From Candidatus Jordarchaeales archaeon (GTDB lineage Archaea > Asgardarchaeota > Jordiarchaeia > Jordiarchaeales > Freyrarchaeaceae), in assembly GCA_038858525.1 (NCBI GenBank), contig JAWCFL010000001.1, forward strand, positions 1 to 32,000: 32,000 nt of DNA, given 5' to 3'. Positions 9,644 through 18,169 of this stretch are shown piece after piece. Position 1 is the stretch's first letter. Each line of letters starts with the position of its first letter. The translations under genes were made by a program, and so were the position numbers. The notes under the pieces were generated by a model, which saw nothing but the letters and a program-made list of their open reading frames with translations, did no database searches and had not been told where the DNA came from.

Positions 9644-10261
9644 GTGAGAAGGGCTTTGATTCATATGGTTTATGTTATAGATGAGAAAAGTGGGATAAAC
9701 CTCCTTTTCCGAAAGTATGGGGAATTAGAAATGGATGAGGTTCTTATGTCAGGATTTCTAACTGCCATCAAACATTTCTCATCTGAATTTAAAAAGGACG
9801 AACCGGATACTATTCAAGAAATAGAGATGAAGACGTATAAAATAGTTTATGCTTCTGACAAAGGCATTCTTGTGGCTGCAGTATCAAACTATGACGACAG
9901 CACACCAATAATTAGAAAAGCGCTATTAACGCTCGCGTCTCGCTTCTCTGAGGAGTATGGAAAAATTCTTAAGAGCTGGCACGGAGATACATCAATTTTC
10001 TCAGAGTTTACCGCAGAAATTGATAAGATACTTATGGATGGACGGGTTGGAGAGGGCGTTAAGAGACCAAAGCTAAAGACCAAACTCATGACAAGCATGG
10101 TTAGAATGGGATTCATAAGCGAGAAAGCATTTAGAGTGGGTGAGTTATGTGACGGAAAACGAACAAAGGAAACTATTGCAGATGAGCTCGGAATGCCAAT
10201 TGAAGAAGTTATTGAAGCGATAAGGGAACTTGAAAGAAAAAAGCTTATAGAGTGGCGTTAA
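9644..10261 (+). CDS. Longin-like domain fused to a C-terminal winged helix
   Basis: N-terminal 'IHMVYVIDEKSGINLL...LMSGFLTAIKHFSSEF...IQEIEMKTYKIVY...RFSEEY...WHGDTSIFSEF' is the Asgard longin pattern. C-terminal 'LCDGKRTKETIADELGMPIEEVIEAIRELERKKLIEW' is a wHTH. Confidence 0.75.
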   Translation: MRRALIHMVYVIDEKSGINLLFRKYGELEMDEVLMSGFLTAIKHFSSEFKKDEPDTIQEIEMKTYKIVYASDKGILVAAVSNYDDSTPIIRKALLTLASRFSEEYGKILKSWHGDTSIFSEFTAEIDKILMDGRVGEGVKRPKLKTKLMTSMVRMGFISEKAFRVGELCDGKRTKETIADELGMPIEEVIEAIRELERKKLIEWR

Positions 10262-10296
10262 AAAGGCATATCTGGTTTTGAGGTGACCTTTTAGCA

Positions 10297-11187
10297 TCAT
10301 TCGGCTTCATACTGCACCCCGGAGGTTATTAGGACCAAAGCTACTATTACTATTATAGGCGCGATAAAGATCGCTATTTCTCCTAGAACAGATTTAATAA
10401 TAGCAGCCTGCAAAGTCCGGCCTACATAATAGGATATAAAACCGATTCCTAGAAGTAAGGCCTTTCGTCTTATAACACCTACACTATTCCAAGCTACATA
10501 GAAAAATAGCAAAGGTATAAAGACTGAATATAATGAAGCTAAGACATAGTTTATGGTTAAATATATTGCTCCGCTTGGCTGATATGTAATGACCCATTTT
10601 GTTGGAAACAAGGGGCTGAACGGATCAAAGCCAAGCCAGAACAGCGCTTCATAACCGTCTATTTGGATTTGTGGTATAAAGAAGGGGATTTCATTTATGT
10701 TATAACCAAAAAGAACGTCTCCTGGAAGGAAAAGTAAGGAGACGCCTGCGAATAGTGGGGGTAAATGTAGTGTTCGCCTAAGCCATTTGTTCTCAAGCCA
10801 AACGTATGCAATTCCCAGAGATATAAATGAGACACTAAGCCATTCCCAAAAGGACGCTATACGCCAGTTTAAAGTGTTATATATAATGAGCGCTTCGACA
10901 AACGATGGATACGGAGTTGATGCGGCAGATAAGCTTAAAGTTAGAGGAATTATTGTTGGCTTATCATAAAAGTCGTATAACAGGAAAAAAACTCTGCCTA
11001 TTGCAAGAGTTATAAAGAAGAGTGCAAGCATAAGATTAAAGAAGTTCTTGTCTTTCCTCCACTTGAATAAGGCAAGATATATGAAAAGGAGGAAGTAGTA
11101 TCCTATTACCGTAAACCATAACCCTATTGTAAATGTGTAAGGAATGTATTGAGCTGGAATCATTCTTCTCACATCCTTTTTCCTCAA
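10297..11187 (-). CDS. Seven-transmembrane protein without a soluble output domain
   Basis: About 7 hydrophobic segments; 'FFITLAIGRVFFLLYDF' in TM2 and a basic 'GVIRRKA' loop before TM6. Alternative start at 11163. Confidence 0.7.
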   Translation of the reverse strand: MRKKDVRRMIPAQYIPYTFTIGLWFTVIGYYFLLFIYLALFKWRKDKNFFNLMLALFFITLAIGRVFFLLYDFYDKPTIIPLTLSLSAASTPYPSFVEALIIYNTLNWRIASFWEWLSVSFISLGIAYVWLENKWLRRTLHLPPLFAGVSLLFLPGDVLFGYNINEIPFFIPQIQIDGYEALFWLGFDPFSPLFPTKWVITYQPSGAIYLTINYVLASLYSVFIPLLFFYVAWNSVGVIRRKALLLGIGFISYYVGRTLQAAIIKSVLGEIAIFIAPIIVIVALVLITSGVQYEAE

Positions 11188-11262
11188 AAAAGTAGGGAGA
11201 CATGATTTTTATAAGTATTTATATTTTCATCTTGAATAATTCAAATGTTGATTGGGGGTTTT

Positions 11263-12087
11263 ATGCGATATATTATTGGCGTGTCTTCAGGATGTTTTCT
11301 GCATAGAGGAGACGGGTACGTTTTGCGGAAGAGTATTCCGGCAAAGTTTAGAAAGTGCTGGTTTGAATTGCAAATTGGGAGAGGTTACTTCTTTGAAGAT
11401 TTCGAGAAAGTTATTACAGTTCACTTGCCATTCCGCGAATATCATGTTGCTTATAAAGGCGATATGAAGTTATTCTTAGAGGGAAGGGACGTTAACATAG
11501 CTACGCTGGATCGTGAATTGAGGAATTTTTGGCTGAAAAAGTTCATAGAAATTACTTCTGAGGCTGCATCTAGAGATGTGAGAGCGGCGGTGCTACATTA
11601 TGGCGGTTGTGATTGTCAGAGTGGGTTAAATGATGAGCATAGGAAGAGGCATTGGAAGGCTGAGGCGTCATTTCTAAAGCGGCTTTCAGTCTTCTGTGAT
11701 GATGTGGGCGTGAAACTTTTAGTGGAAAACCACCCTTATGACGACACAGTTTTTTTGAGTCATTTAGAACATATGAAGGCTATAATTGACAATGGGTTCG
11801 CTCAGATCTGTTTAGACCTCCCTCATGCATACTACAGAGAGTTCAGAGGCGAAACTAGCGTTGAGATGCTAGTAAGCTCACTTAAGGACGAAATCCTAGA
11901 AGTACATTTAGCTGATGGAAACGGTTTAAATCATGCTCCTCTTCAATTAGGAGAAGGGGGTATGGAAGTTGAGGCCATACTGCAACAGCTAGGTAAAACA
12001 GAGATTTTCATAATAGAATTGAGAGAGGATCCTTCGCCCTCGCTTGAAACAGCTAAGAAAATTCTTAGGAAACTTCGTTCGTCATGA
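11263..12087 (+). CDS. Sugar phosphate isomerase/epimerase / AP-endonuclease-2-like TIM barrel protein
   Basis: Metal-ligand motifs 'VLHYG', 'LLVENHP', 'CLDLPHA', 'EVHLAD' and C-terminal 'IIELR'. ATG 11263 follows a GGGGG RBS. Confidence 0.8.
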   Translation: MRYIIGVSSGCFLHRGDGYVLRKSIPAKFRKCWFELQIGRGYFFEDFEKVITVHLPFREYHVAYKGDMKLFLEGRDVNIATLDRELRNFWLKKFIEITSEAASRDVRAAVLHYGGCDCQSGLNDEHRKRHWKAEASFLKRLSVFCDDVGVKLLVENHPYDDTVFLSHLEHMKAIIDNGFAQICLDLPHAYYREFRGETSVEMLVSSLKDEILEVHLADGNGLNHAPLQLGEGGMEVEAILQQLGKTEIFIIELREDPSPSLETAKKILRKLRSS

Positions 12088-12129
12088 AAGTCTAAGACGA
12101 CTAAGAGGTCATGAATTATTTGTTTTTAA

Positions 12130-13407
12130 TCATAGAACTTTAGATTCCAAGTCCATTATTGCTTCTTGGAAATACCTGTAGGGTACATCTGAAGCGGCGA
12201 ACAGTATTCTTCCAATTTTGTCTTTTAATGGGGCTTTTTCCGGGTATCCCCAGTCATATAATGGTTTATTAAGAAGCGCTTCTAGTCCGAGTGGAATTGT
12301 TGCTTTCGCCATAAATGAAAGGTCAGAAAGCATTTTGATGCCGTGCTTTTCCAAGTAACTTTCAGGTTCGAGGAGGCTTTCTCGCTTAAGATCATGAACT
12401 CTCTTAATTGCCGAGTCAAGATACAACTGCATTTTTTTAATTTCTTCGGTAACGTCGCTACCCAGAATATTTCCGTATTTGTTCAGGAGACCGTCAGTTT
12501 CGTGGGAAATAGCGGATATAGGAGCTTGCCATATTATCTTCGAGAGCTTACCGAGAGCCCTTTTGACTTCATCATCGCTCGTTTCCTTCTTTAACTCACT
12601 AATTTTTCTGTCTAAATAAATAACAGAATTCAAAAAGCCGTCCAAGTCAACTTTAAGTTTTCCTTTAATTTCATCATAATCTATAAGGTAGAATTTCTGA
12701 ATTTCTCGTTCTAGCGTAAAACCAAGGTATGATGAAGTTTCTCTTATAACGTTTAGTATAAAAGTTAAAAACTTCTTTAAACCAAGCTTTCCGAGGATCT
12801 TAACTAATTTTTCTCTGATTTCCTTGAACCTTAATATTTTATCCTTCCTTACAAGGATTAGAGCATGATCTCCGGGTTTAAAGTGGAAACAGTATTCTTT
12901 AAGTGCATCGCTAAGACTGGTTTTTTCTCCCAACTTGACCGGAAAAATGGAAGGGTAACCGTGAGCCGCCGTGTTAAAACAATAGTATGTTCTTCTGTTT
13001 TCAGTTGCGGGGTAGCTGAAGATTATAACTCGCTCTAAGTCTCCTGGGTGATGAGCTTTTCCAGAAGCCACGGTGAAGCCTTTACTATAAGACAGCATAA
13101 CGTATATCGAGTATCTTTCTTCGCGCTCAACCAACCCTGGAAGATTTAGTATGAATCCTATTCTTTCTAGTACGCTTTTCCGGTCTTTAGCCCATTCGGA
13201 AGCTAAAAGGTAGAAGCTTCGCTTCTCTATGTCGCTTGACACCATTTTGAGAAGACCAAAAGCATCACGTTTTCTAGCGTATTCGTCTAACTTGTCAAAG
13301 AGTTCAGAGATAACTTGCATGCTTTTTTTGAGTACGTATTCGCGGCTACGTTCTTCATATATTGCCACTCGCCTGGGAAGGTATACTTCAACCTCCAACC
13401 TTTGCAC
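12130..13407 (-). CDS. Putative Vps62/NPP1-like domain protein
   Basis: Ordered motifs HPGDLE...TAAHG...PGDHA parallel the H-x-G-D-W-E...S-A-H-G...G-T/S-H-A motifs of Vps62-type proteins. The C-terminal half is helical and unassigned. Confidence 0.55.
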   Translation of the reverse strand: MQRLEVEVYLPRRVAIYEERSREYVLKKSMQVISELFDKLDEYARKRDAFGLLKMVSSDIEKRSFYLLASEWAKDRKSVLERIGFILNLPGLVEREERYSIYVMLSYSKGFTVASGKAHHPGDLERVIIFSYPATENRRTYYCFNTAAHGYPSIFPVKLGEKTSLSDALKEYCFHFKPGDHALILVRKDKILRFKEIREKLVKILGKLGLKKFLTFILNVIRETSSYLGFTLEREIQKFYLIDYDEIKGKLKVDLDGFLNSVIYLDRKISELKKETSDDEVKRALGKLSKIIWQAPISAISHETDGLLNKYGNILGSDVTEEIKKMQLYLDSAIKRVHDLKRESLLEPESYLEKHGIKMLSDLSFMAKATIPLGLEALLNKPLYDWGYPEKAPLKDKIGRILFAASDVPYRYFQEAIMDLESKVL

Positions 13408-13436
13408 TCTCCAAACACACTATTTTTGAACTTAAA

Positions 13437-13931
13437 TTAGTTGATTGAGTCATGATCGGCTGATATCTCTTTTTCTCTTAAAACATTCGCAGTTCTTGAC
13501 TCTCTCCTGACGCGTTTAAACATAATTAATACAGCAAGTAAATAAAAGATGGATACAAGAATCAACAACGTAGTGAGATTTATGAATTTTGCTAAACAGA
13601 TTCCAAAGCCAAGAGAAAAACCTGTTGTGACTCTTATCCAGTTTTTACTTTCTCTTCCAAGAACACTTTGCGTCCCCCAGTCAAGTAAGGCAGGCATCAA
13701 CAAAAGAACGATTAATGCTACTGCAACCTGCTCTGTGATGTAAAGCCACCACCAAAAATGCAAAACGAGAATTCCGGAGAAAAAACCTAATGTTAAACCG
13801 CTGCACCTAGCGCAAAGACGAACTTCATGGGTACGAATTTTTAAGCGTAGAGTTCTATGAGCATATTCCTCGGTATGATGAGAAAGAAGGAAAACCAAGA
13901 ATTTCTTAATGTTTTTTGATGGTAACTTCAT
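13437..13931 (-). CDS. DUF2085-like membrane protein
   Basis: 'LCARCSGLTLG', 'PALLDWGTQ' and 'NWIRVTTGFSLG' motifs with 4 hydrophobic segments. Confidence 0.8.
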   Translation of the reverse strand: MKLPSKNIKKFLVFLLSHHTEEYAHRTLRLKIRTHEVRLCARCSGLTLGFFSGILVLHFWWWLYITEQVAVALIVLLLMPALLDWGTQSVLGRESKNWIRVTTGFSLGFGICLAKFINLTTLLILVSIFYLLAVLIMFKRVRRESRTANVLREKEISADHDSIN

Positions 13932-13999
13932 TTTAAAAACGCTCTTTTAATTCTATATAATTTGTGAAAGAAAAAAGAGGATTTAGGTTTTGCATTTCA

Positions 14000-14194
14000 T
14001 CATTCTCTCACTATTAGGTATATGATGAGCCCTATGATGCCTGTTAAAAGTACTATTATCATCCAAAGTGCCGCTTCCATCCCTCGCTTTTCAGCATCAC
14101 TATAAACCCATACTGCAAGGATTATTGCTACAATGCACCAAAGCACAACCACAAGGTACAAGCCTAATCCAAATAACTGAAGTGGTAGTAACAA
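14000..14194 (-). CDS. Small membrane protein, PLDc N-terminal-like domain
   Basis: 'LAVWVYSDAEKRG...LWMIIVLLTGIIGLIIYLIVR' pattern. TTG 14194 follows an AGGAGG RBS (the ORF track starts at 14224). Confidence 0.75.
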   Translation of the reverse strand: MLLPLQLFGLGLYLVVVLWCIVAIILAVWVYSDAEKRGMEAALWMIIVLLTGIIGLIIYLIVRE

Positions 14195-14366
14195 CCAACA
14201 CGACCTCCTTCCCAACCTAGACATTTTGTTCTATTTTTTAAATTTTCCACCTAAAAAATATTGCGTTAGAAGGAGAGCCAAAAGGGTAAAGATTTAACAG
14301 AAAGGTTGTCTAAGAGTCGAAATTGTTAAATCATTTTTAGAATTTAAGATGAAGTGGTGGGGAGAG

Positions 14367-14936
14367 ATGAAGGTAAGTATGGTTTTGTTTGATCATCCAG
14401 GGCCTGCAAATACTGACGAAACTTTGAGGGTTGCGAAAGACTTTGCTGAAGAGAATAAAGTAAGGGACATAGTAGTTGCTTCTACGACTGGGGAAACTGC
14501 TCTCAAGGCGCTTCAAGTGTTTCCTCCGGATAAGTTTAACTTAGTTATAGTCACGCATAGTCACGGCTTTGTTAAGCCGGGAGAGCAAGAGTTTAACAGT
14601 GATACTAGAGAAAAGCTTGAAAGGAAGGGTGTTAGGGTTTTAACGTGTGTTCACGCTCTTTCAGGTGTTGAACGAGCTTTTAGGAATAAACTTAACGTTT
14701 GGATGCCTGTAGACTTGATTGCCAGAACACTTAGATCCATTATGGGTGACGGATTTAAGGTCTGTATAGAAATTGCTCTAATGGCTGCTGATGCAGGGTT
14801 GATTCCGGTGGACAGGGATGTAATTGCAATAGGAGGAACTGGAAGGGGAGCAGATACGGCGATTCTTCTTAGGCCGTCAAATACATCTAATTTCTTGGAT
14901 TTACGTGTTAGGGCCGTCCTCTGCAAGCCTCTTTAA
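14367..14936 (+). CDS. Pyruvate kinase C-terminal-like domain protein (COG1751/MTH1675 family)
   Basis: 'PGPANTDETL', 'IVVASTTGETA', 'LIVTHSHGF', 'GFKVCIEIALMAADAG', 'AIGGTGRGADTA'. Confidence 0.85.
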   Translation: MKVSMVLFDHPGPANTDETLRVAKDFAEENKVRDIVVASTTGETALKALQVFPPDKFNLVIVTHSHGFVKPGEQEFNSDTREKLERKGVRVLTCVHALSGVERAFRNKLNVWMPVDLIARTLRSIMGDGFKVCIEIALMAADAGLIPVDRDVIAIGGTGRGADTAILLRPSNTSNFLDLRVRAVLCKPL

Positions 14937-15745
14937 GAAAAATATTTTTTTATTGGTCTTCCACATGAGGGACATTTTTCTTTTTGGGTAAAGTAATCGT
15001 TCAAATGCTTTTTACATGCCTTCCCAAAACAGAAGGGACATATGAGCTGCTCGCTGTTTGAAGCCAAATTTTCTCCGCATATCACGCATCTTTCCTTTTC
15101 GGCTTCTTTGACCGAGATTTTTTCCAGCCATTCAATCTCCTCGGGGGAGCCAACTTCGTAGACGCCACCTTCTATCAGCATATCCCTAATTTGTATCCTG
15201 AGTTCTCTGGGAGCGTCCTCGGATATTAGAAGAATTTTTTCGGCTTCTTCTAAGAGGGAGCGCCCACTTAGTCTAGATGAAACCATTTGCCATATTTGTC
15301 TTAGAAGAGGGGGATTTTTAATGAATGCACCATAGAGGAAGCTTGCACACTCATAGCTTCGACCTTCATCAAAGTAATAATCTATAGCCTCTTTAAAGAG
15401 ACCGACTCTGAGTAGCTGTAGGACAGGATGACCCACTCCTTCTTCATCGTATTTATCTAGGATTTTTTCAGCCTGCCTAGTTCTAACTATAGAATAAAAC
15501 GCACAAACAGTTATGCATAGGAGGAAGATTAGGCTTAATGCAGGAAACGTAATAGGATATTGCGTAAGTGCTCCATTCCAGCTGAGTGCTATCAGATTGT
15601 AAATTAGCCACATGAAGAAGTCTTCGTAACGGTTGTAAGTGTAATACATATAAATATCCACAGCGCAGTAGACTGCGAATGCTGCTGAGAGGAGGAGGAG
15701 CAAGACAAGTCTACGTCTTAACTTTGACTTAGCGATTTCCGTCAA
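14933..15745 (-). CDS. Membrane-anchored protein with C-terminal RING-type zinc finger (putative E3 ligase)
   Basis: 2-3 N-terminal hydrophobic helices. C-terminal C-x2-C-x12-C-x2-C-x4-C-x2-H-x10-C-x2-C. TTG start after a GAGGGTGG RBS. Confidence 0.75.
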   Translation of the reverse strand: MTEIAKSKLRRRLVLLLLLSAAFAVYCAVDIYMYYTYNRYEDFFMWLIYNLIALSWNGALTQYPITFPALSLIFLLCITVCAFYSIVRTRQAEKILDKYDEEGVGHPVLQLLRVGLFKEAIDYYFDEGRSYECASFLYGAFIKNPPLLRQIWQMVSSRLSGRSLLEEAEKILLISEDAPRELRIQIRDMLIEGGVYEVGSPEEIEWLEKISVKEAEKERCVICGENLASNSEQLICPFCFGKACKKHLNDYFTQKEKCPSCGRPIKKYFS

Positions 15746-15921
15746 AAAACCACCCTCAATGAATTTATTTCTTGTTCATAAAATTAATTTTTTGTAAAAA
15801 AATTCTCCCAGTAACCAAGCAATAACAGATTTACCAGTTATTATTCTTGGTAATATATTATTGGAAAAATTTATATATTATGAGATATAGATTCCTTGAA
15901 CAAATAAAAGAGGTGTCGATC

Positions 15922-17460
15922 GTGAAGATAAGAACGCCGCATGAAGAGCTGGAGAAGGTCGACGATGCGCCGATAAGGAGCTACGAGGAGATCAACGAGA
16001 AAATAAAGCGGGGAGACGTTGTCGTCGTCACAGCTGAAGAAATGATAAAGATAGTTGAAGAGGAAGGAGTAGCTAAGGCAGCTAAGGATATAGACGTAGT
16101 TACAACAGGGACGTTTGGTGCCATGTGCTCAAGCGGCGCCTTCCTAAACTTTGGACACGCAGATCCACCAATAAAAATGGAGAGAGTGTGGCTCAATGAA
16201 GTCGAAGCATATCATGGAGGAGCAGCTGTAGATTGCTACATAGGCGTCACTAAAATGAGCCAAACCAAACCATTCAAGTACGGAGGCGGACATGTAATTG
16301 AGGACTTAGTGGCAGGGAAAGAAATTGAAGTTAGAGCCATAGCTTACGGCACGGATTGCTACCCCAGAACACGCGTAGAAACCACGATAACTATAGACGA
16401 TCTTAACCAAGCTATTCTTTGCAACCCCAGAAACGCGTACCAAAGATATAACGCCGCAACCAACGGGCGTGACGAGGTTATATATACGTACATGGGTAAG
16501 CTTCTCCCTCATTATGGTAACGTCACGTTCTCAGGGTCAGGATGCCTTAACCCACTATGCAACGACCCAGATTACGAAACAATAGGGGTTGGAACGCGTA
16601 TATTTCTGGGAGGCGGAATAGGATACGTTATAGGAGAAGGAACGCAGCACAACCCAAAAGAACAGTTTGGAACATTAATGGTTAAAGGTGACCTTAAAAA
16701 GATGAAACCAAGATATTTGAGAGGGGCCGCCTTCGCTAAGTATGGCACAACAATGTTTGTCGGAGTCGGAGTCCCAATACCGATTCTGAATCAACGACTA
16801 GCTTTGAAGACAGCGGTAAGTGACGAGGAAATAACAACTAAGATTCTCGATTACGGTGTTCCGAGGCTTCAGAGGCCTGTCCTAAGAGAGGTAACTTATA
16901 GTGAGCTGAAATCTGGAAGAATAGAACTAAATGGTGAAACCGTTAAAGTGTCTCCGCTTTCTAGCATAAGCATGGCGAGAGAAATTGCTGAAACACTTAA
17001 AAAGTGGATAGAGAACGGGGAGTTCTTCCTCTCAGCCCCCGTAGAGAGACTGCCTCAAGACGTGGTCTTCAAGCCAATGAAAATGACGAAAGAGGTAAAG
17101 TATGTTAAAGCACTTATGAAGACGGCGGTCACATGCAAAAGAAATGACACGATAGAATCAGTAGCTAAGACAATAATCTCCAAGAACGTTAACCACGTGG
17201 TAGTTGTGGACGAGGATGGCAAGTTAGCGGGAATAGTCACATCGTTCGACATAACTAGAGCAGTAGCGGAGAACAAGAAGAACTTGGCAGAGATAATAAC
17301 TAAGAGAGTTATCTTTGCGGAGCCAGATGAGCCTGTTGATGCTGCAGCGAGGAGAATGAAGGAGCACGACATCTCAGCACTTCCAGTTATAGATTCACAG
17401 AGAAAAGTAATCGGTATAATTACTAGTGAGGACTTATCCGGGCTCATTACTGGAGGATGA
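15922..17460 (+). CDS. L-aspartate semialdehyde sulfurtransferase (DUF39 + tandem CBS; MA1821-like homocysteine biosynthesis protein)
   Basis: 'DVVTTGTFGAMCSSGAFLNFGHADPPIK' and 'NPRNAYQRYNAA' plus two C-terminal CBS domains. GTG 15922 follows an AGAGGTG RBS. Confidence 0.92.
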   Translation: MKIRTPHEELEKVDDAPIRSYEEINEKIKRGDVVVVTAEEMIKIVEEEGVAKAAKDIDVVTTGTFGAMCSSGAFLNFGHADPPIKMERVWLNEVEAYHGGAAVDCYIGVTKMSQTKPFKYGGGHVIEDLVAGKEIEVRAIAYGTDCYPRTRVETTITIDDLNQAILCNPRNAYQRYNAATNGRDEVIYTYMGKLLPHYGNVTFSGSGCLNPLCNDPDYETIGVGTRIFLGGGIGYVIGEGTQHNPKEQFGTLMVKGDLKKMKPRYLRGAAFAKYGTTMFVGVGVPIPILNQRLALKTAVSDEEITTKILDYGVPRLQRPVLREVTYSELKSGRIELNGETVKVSPLSSISMAREIAETLKKWIENGEFFLSAPVERLPQDVVFKPMKMTKEVKYVKALMKTAVTCKRNDTIESVAKTIISKNVNHVVVVDEDGKLAGIVTSFDITRAVAENKKNLAEIITKRVIFAEPDEPVDAAARRMKEHDISALPVIDSQRKVIGIITSEDLSGLITGG

Positions 17461-17464
17461 AAAC

Positions 17465-17851
17465 ATGAGGATGCTGGTTAGGTTTAACACAGATAAAGTT
17501 AAGGAAGCTGTTACGGCGAACGTCATTTTAGAGACAGGAGCAACCATAAACATTTTGAGTGCCTTGCTCAACGAAAAAGGAGGAGAAATGCTTCTAGAAG
17601 TACCAGATGCAAAGGCAGAAGAGGTCAGGGAATCTTTTAAGCGAAGAGGCGTAGAAATAGAGGATAGGAAATATGTGGAAATACTTAGAGAAAGATGCGT
17701 AAACTGCGGTTTATGCTATTCTCTCTGCCCTGTTAATGCCATACAGTTAGACACAAAAAACTACGAGATAAATCTGACAAAGGAACTATGTATTGGATGC
17801 TTTAAATGCCTTGATGCATGTCCAGTTGAAGCAATAGTAAAGATCAAATAA
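17465..17851 (+). CDS. NIL domain + 2x[4Fe-4S] ferredoxin (MA1822-like iron-sulfur subunit)
   Basis: NIL-type 'INILSA' N-terminal domain; CVNCGLCYSLCP and CIGCFKCLDACP; 4 bp downstream of its partner gene. Confidence 0.92.
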   Translation: MRMLVRFNTDKVKEAVTANVILETGATINILSALLNEKGGEMLLEVPDAKAEEVRESFKRRGVEIEDRKYVEILRERCVNCGLCYSLCPVNAIQLDTKNYEINLTKELCIGCFKCLDACPVEAIVKIK

Positions 17852-17853
17852 AA

Positions 17854-17883
17854 TCTTTCTCCTTTTTTATTTATTTCCTTTAA
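17854..17883 (+). terminator. Probable archaeal U-rich terminator tract
   Basis: Pyrimidine/T-rich run immediately after the ferredoxin stop codon. Confidence 0.4.
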
Positions 17884-18169
17884 TTTAGGTGTATTCAAAG
17901 CCTAAAGCTTTCTCCTTCGTTTTTTAAATGTCATTTATGAGAGCGTCATGGTGAAACGAGAAAGCATAAAATGCCGTTCATTCAGTAACATTAACTTTCT
18001 CGAAGAGGGGAAGGATTCCTTCTTAAGGGATAATTCATTTTTCTTATGCATCAAGCGGAGAGGCTTTCCACTTTTCTTCTTGATAATTCCTAGGTTAGTT
18101 TCTTGAAAATGCATGGAGTTAAAAAGGTTTTTGCTTCATTAATCAGACACCATGCGGGAGGACGTTTGA

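Noticed and set aside
10297-11187. Rhodopsin assignment for the 7TM protein
   Set aside because: No Lys in the seventh helix and no counter-ion motif.
15847-15921. ORF-track N-terminal extensions (also 5195, 11245, 14349, 17426)
   Set aside because: Downstream starts have better RBS spacing and coincide with the start of family similarity.
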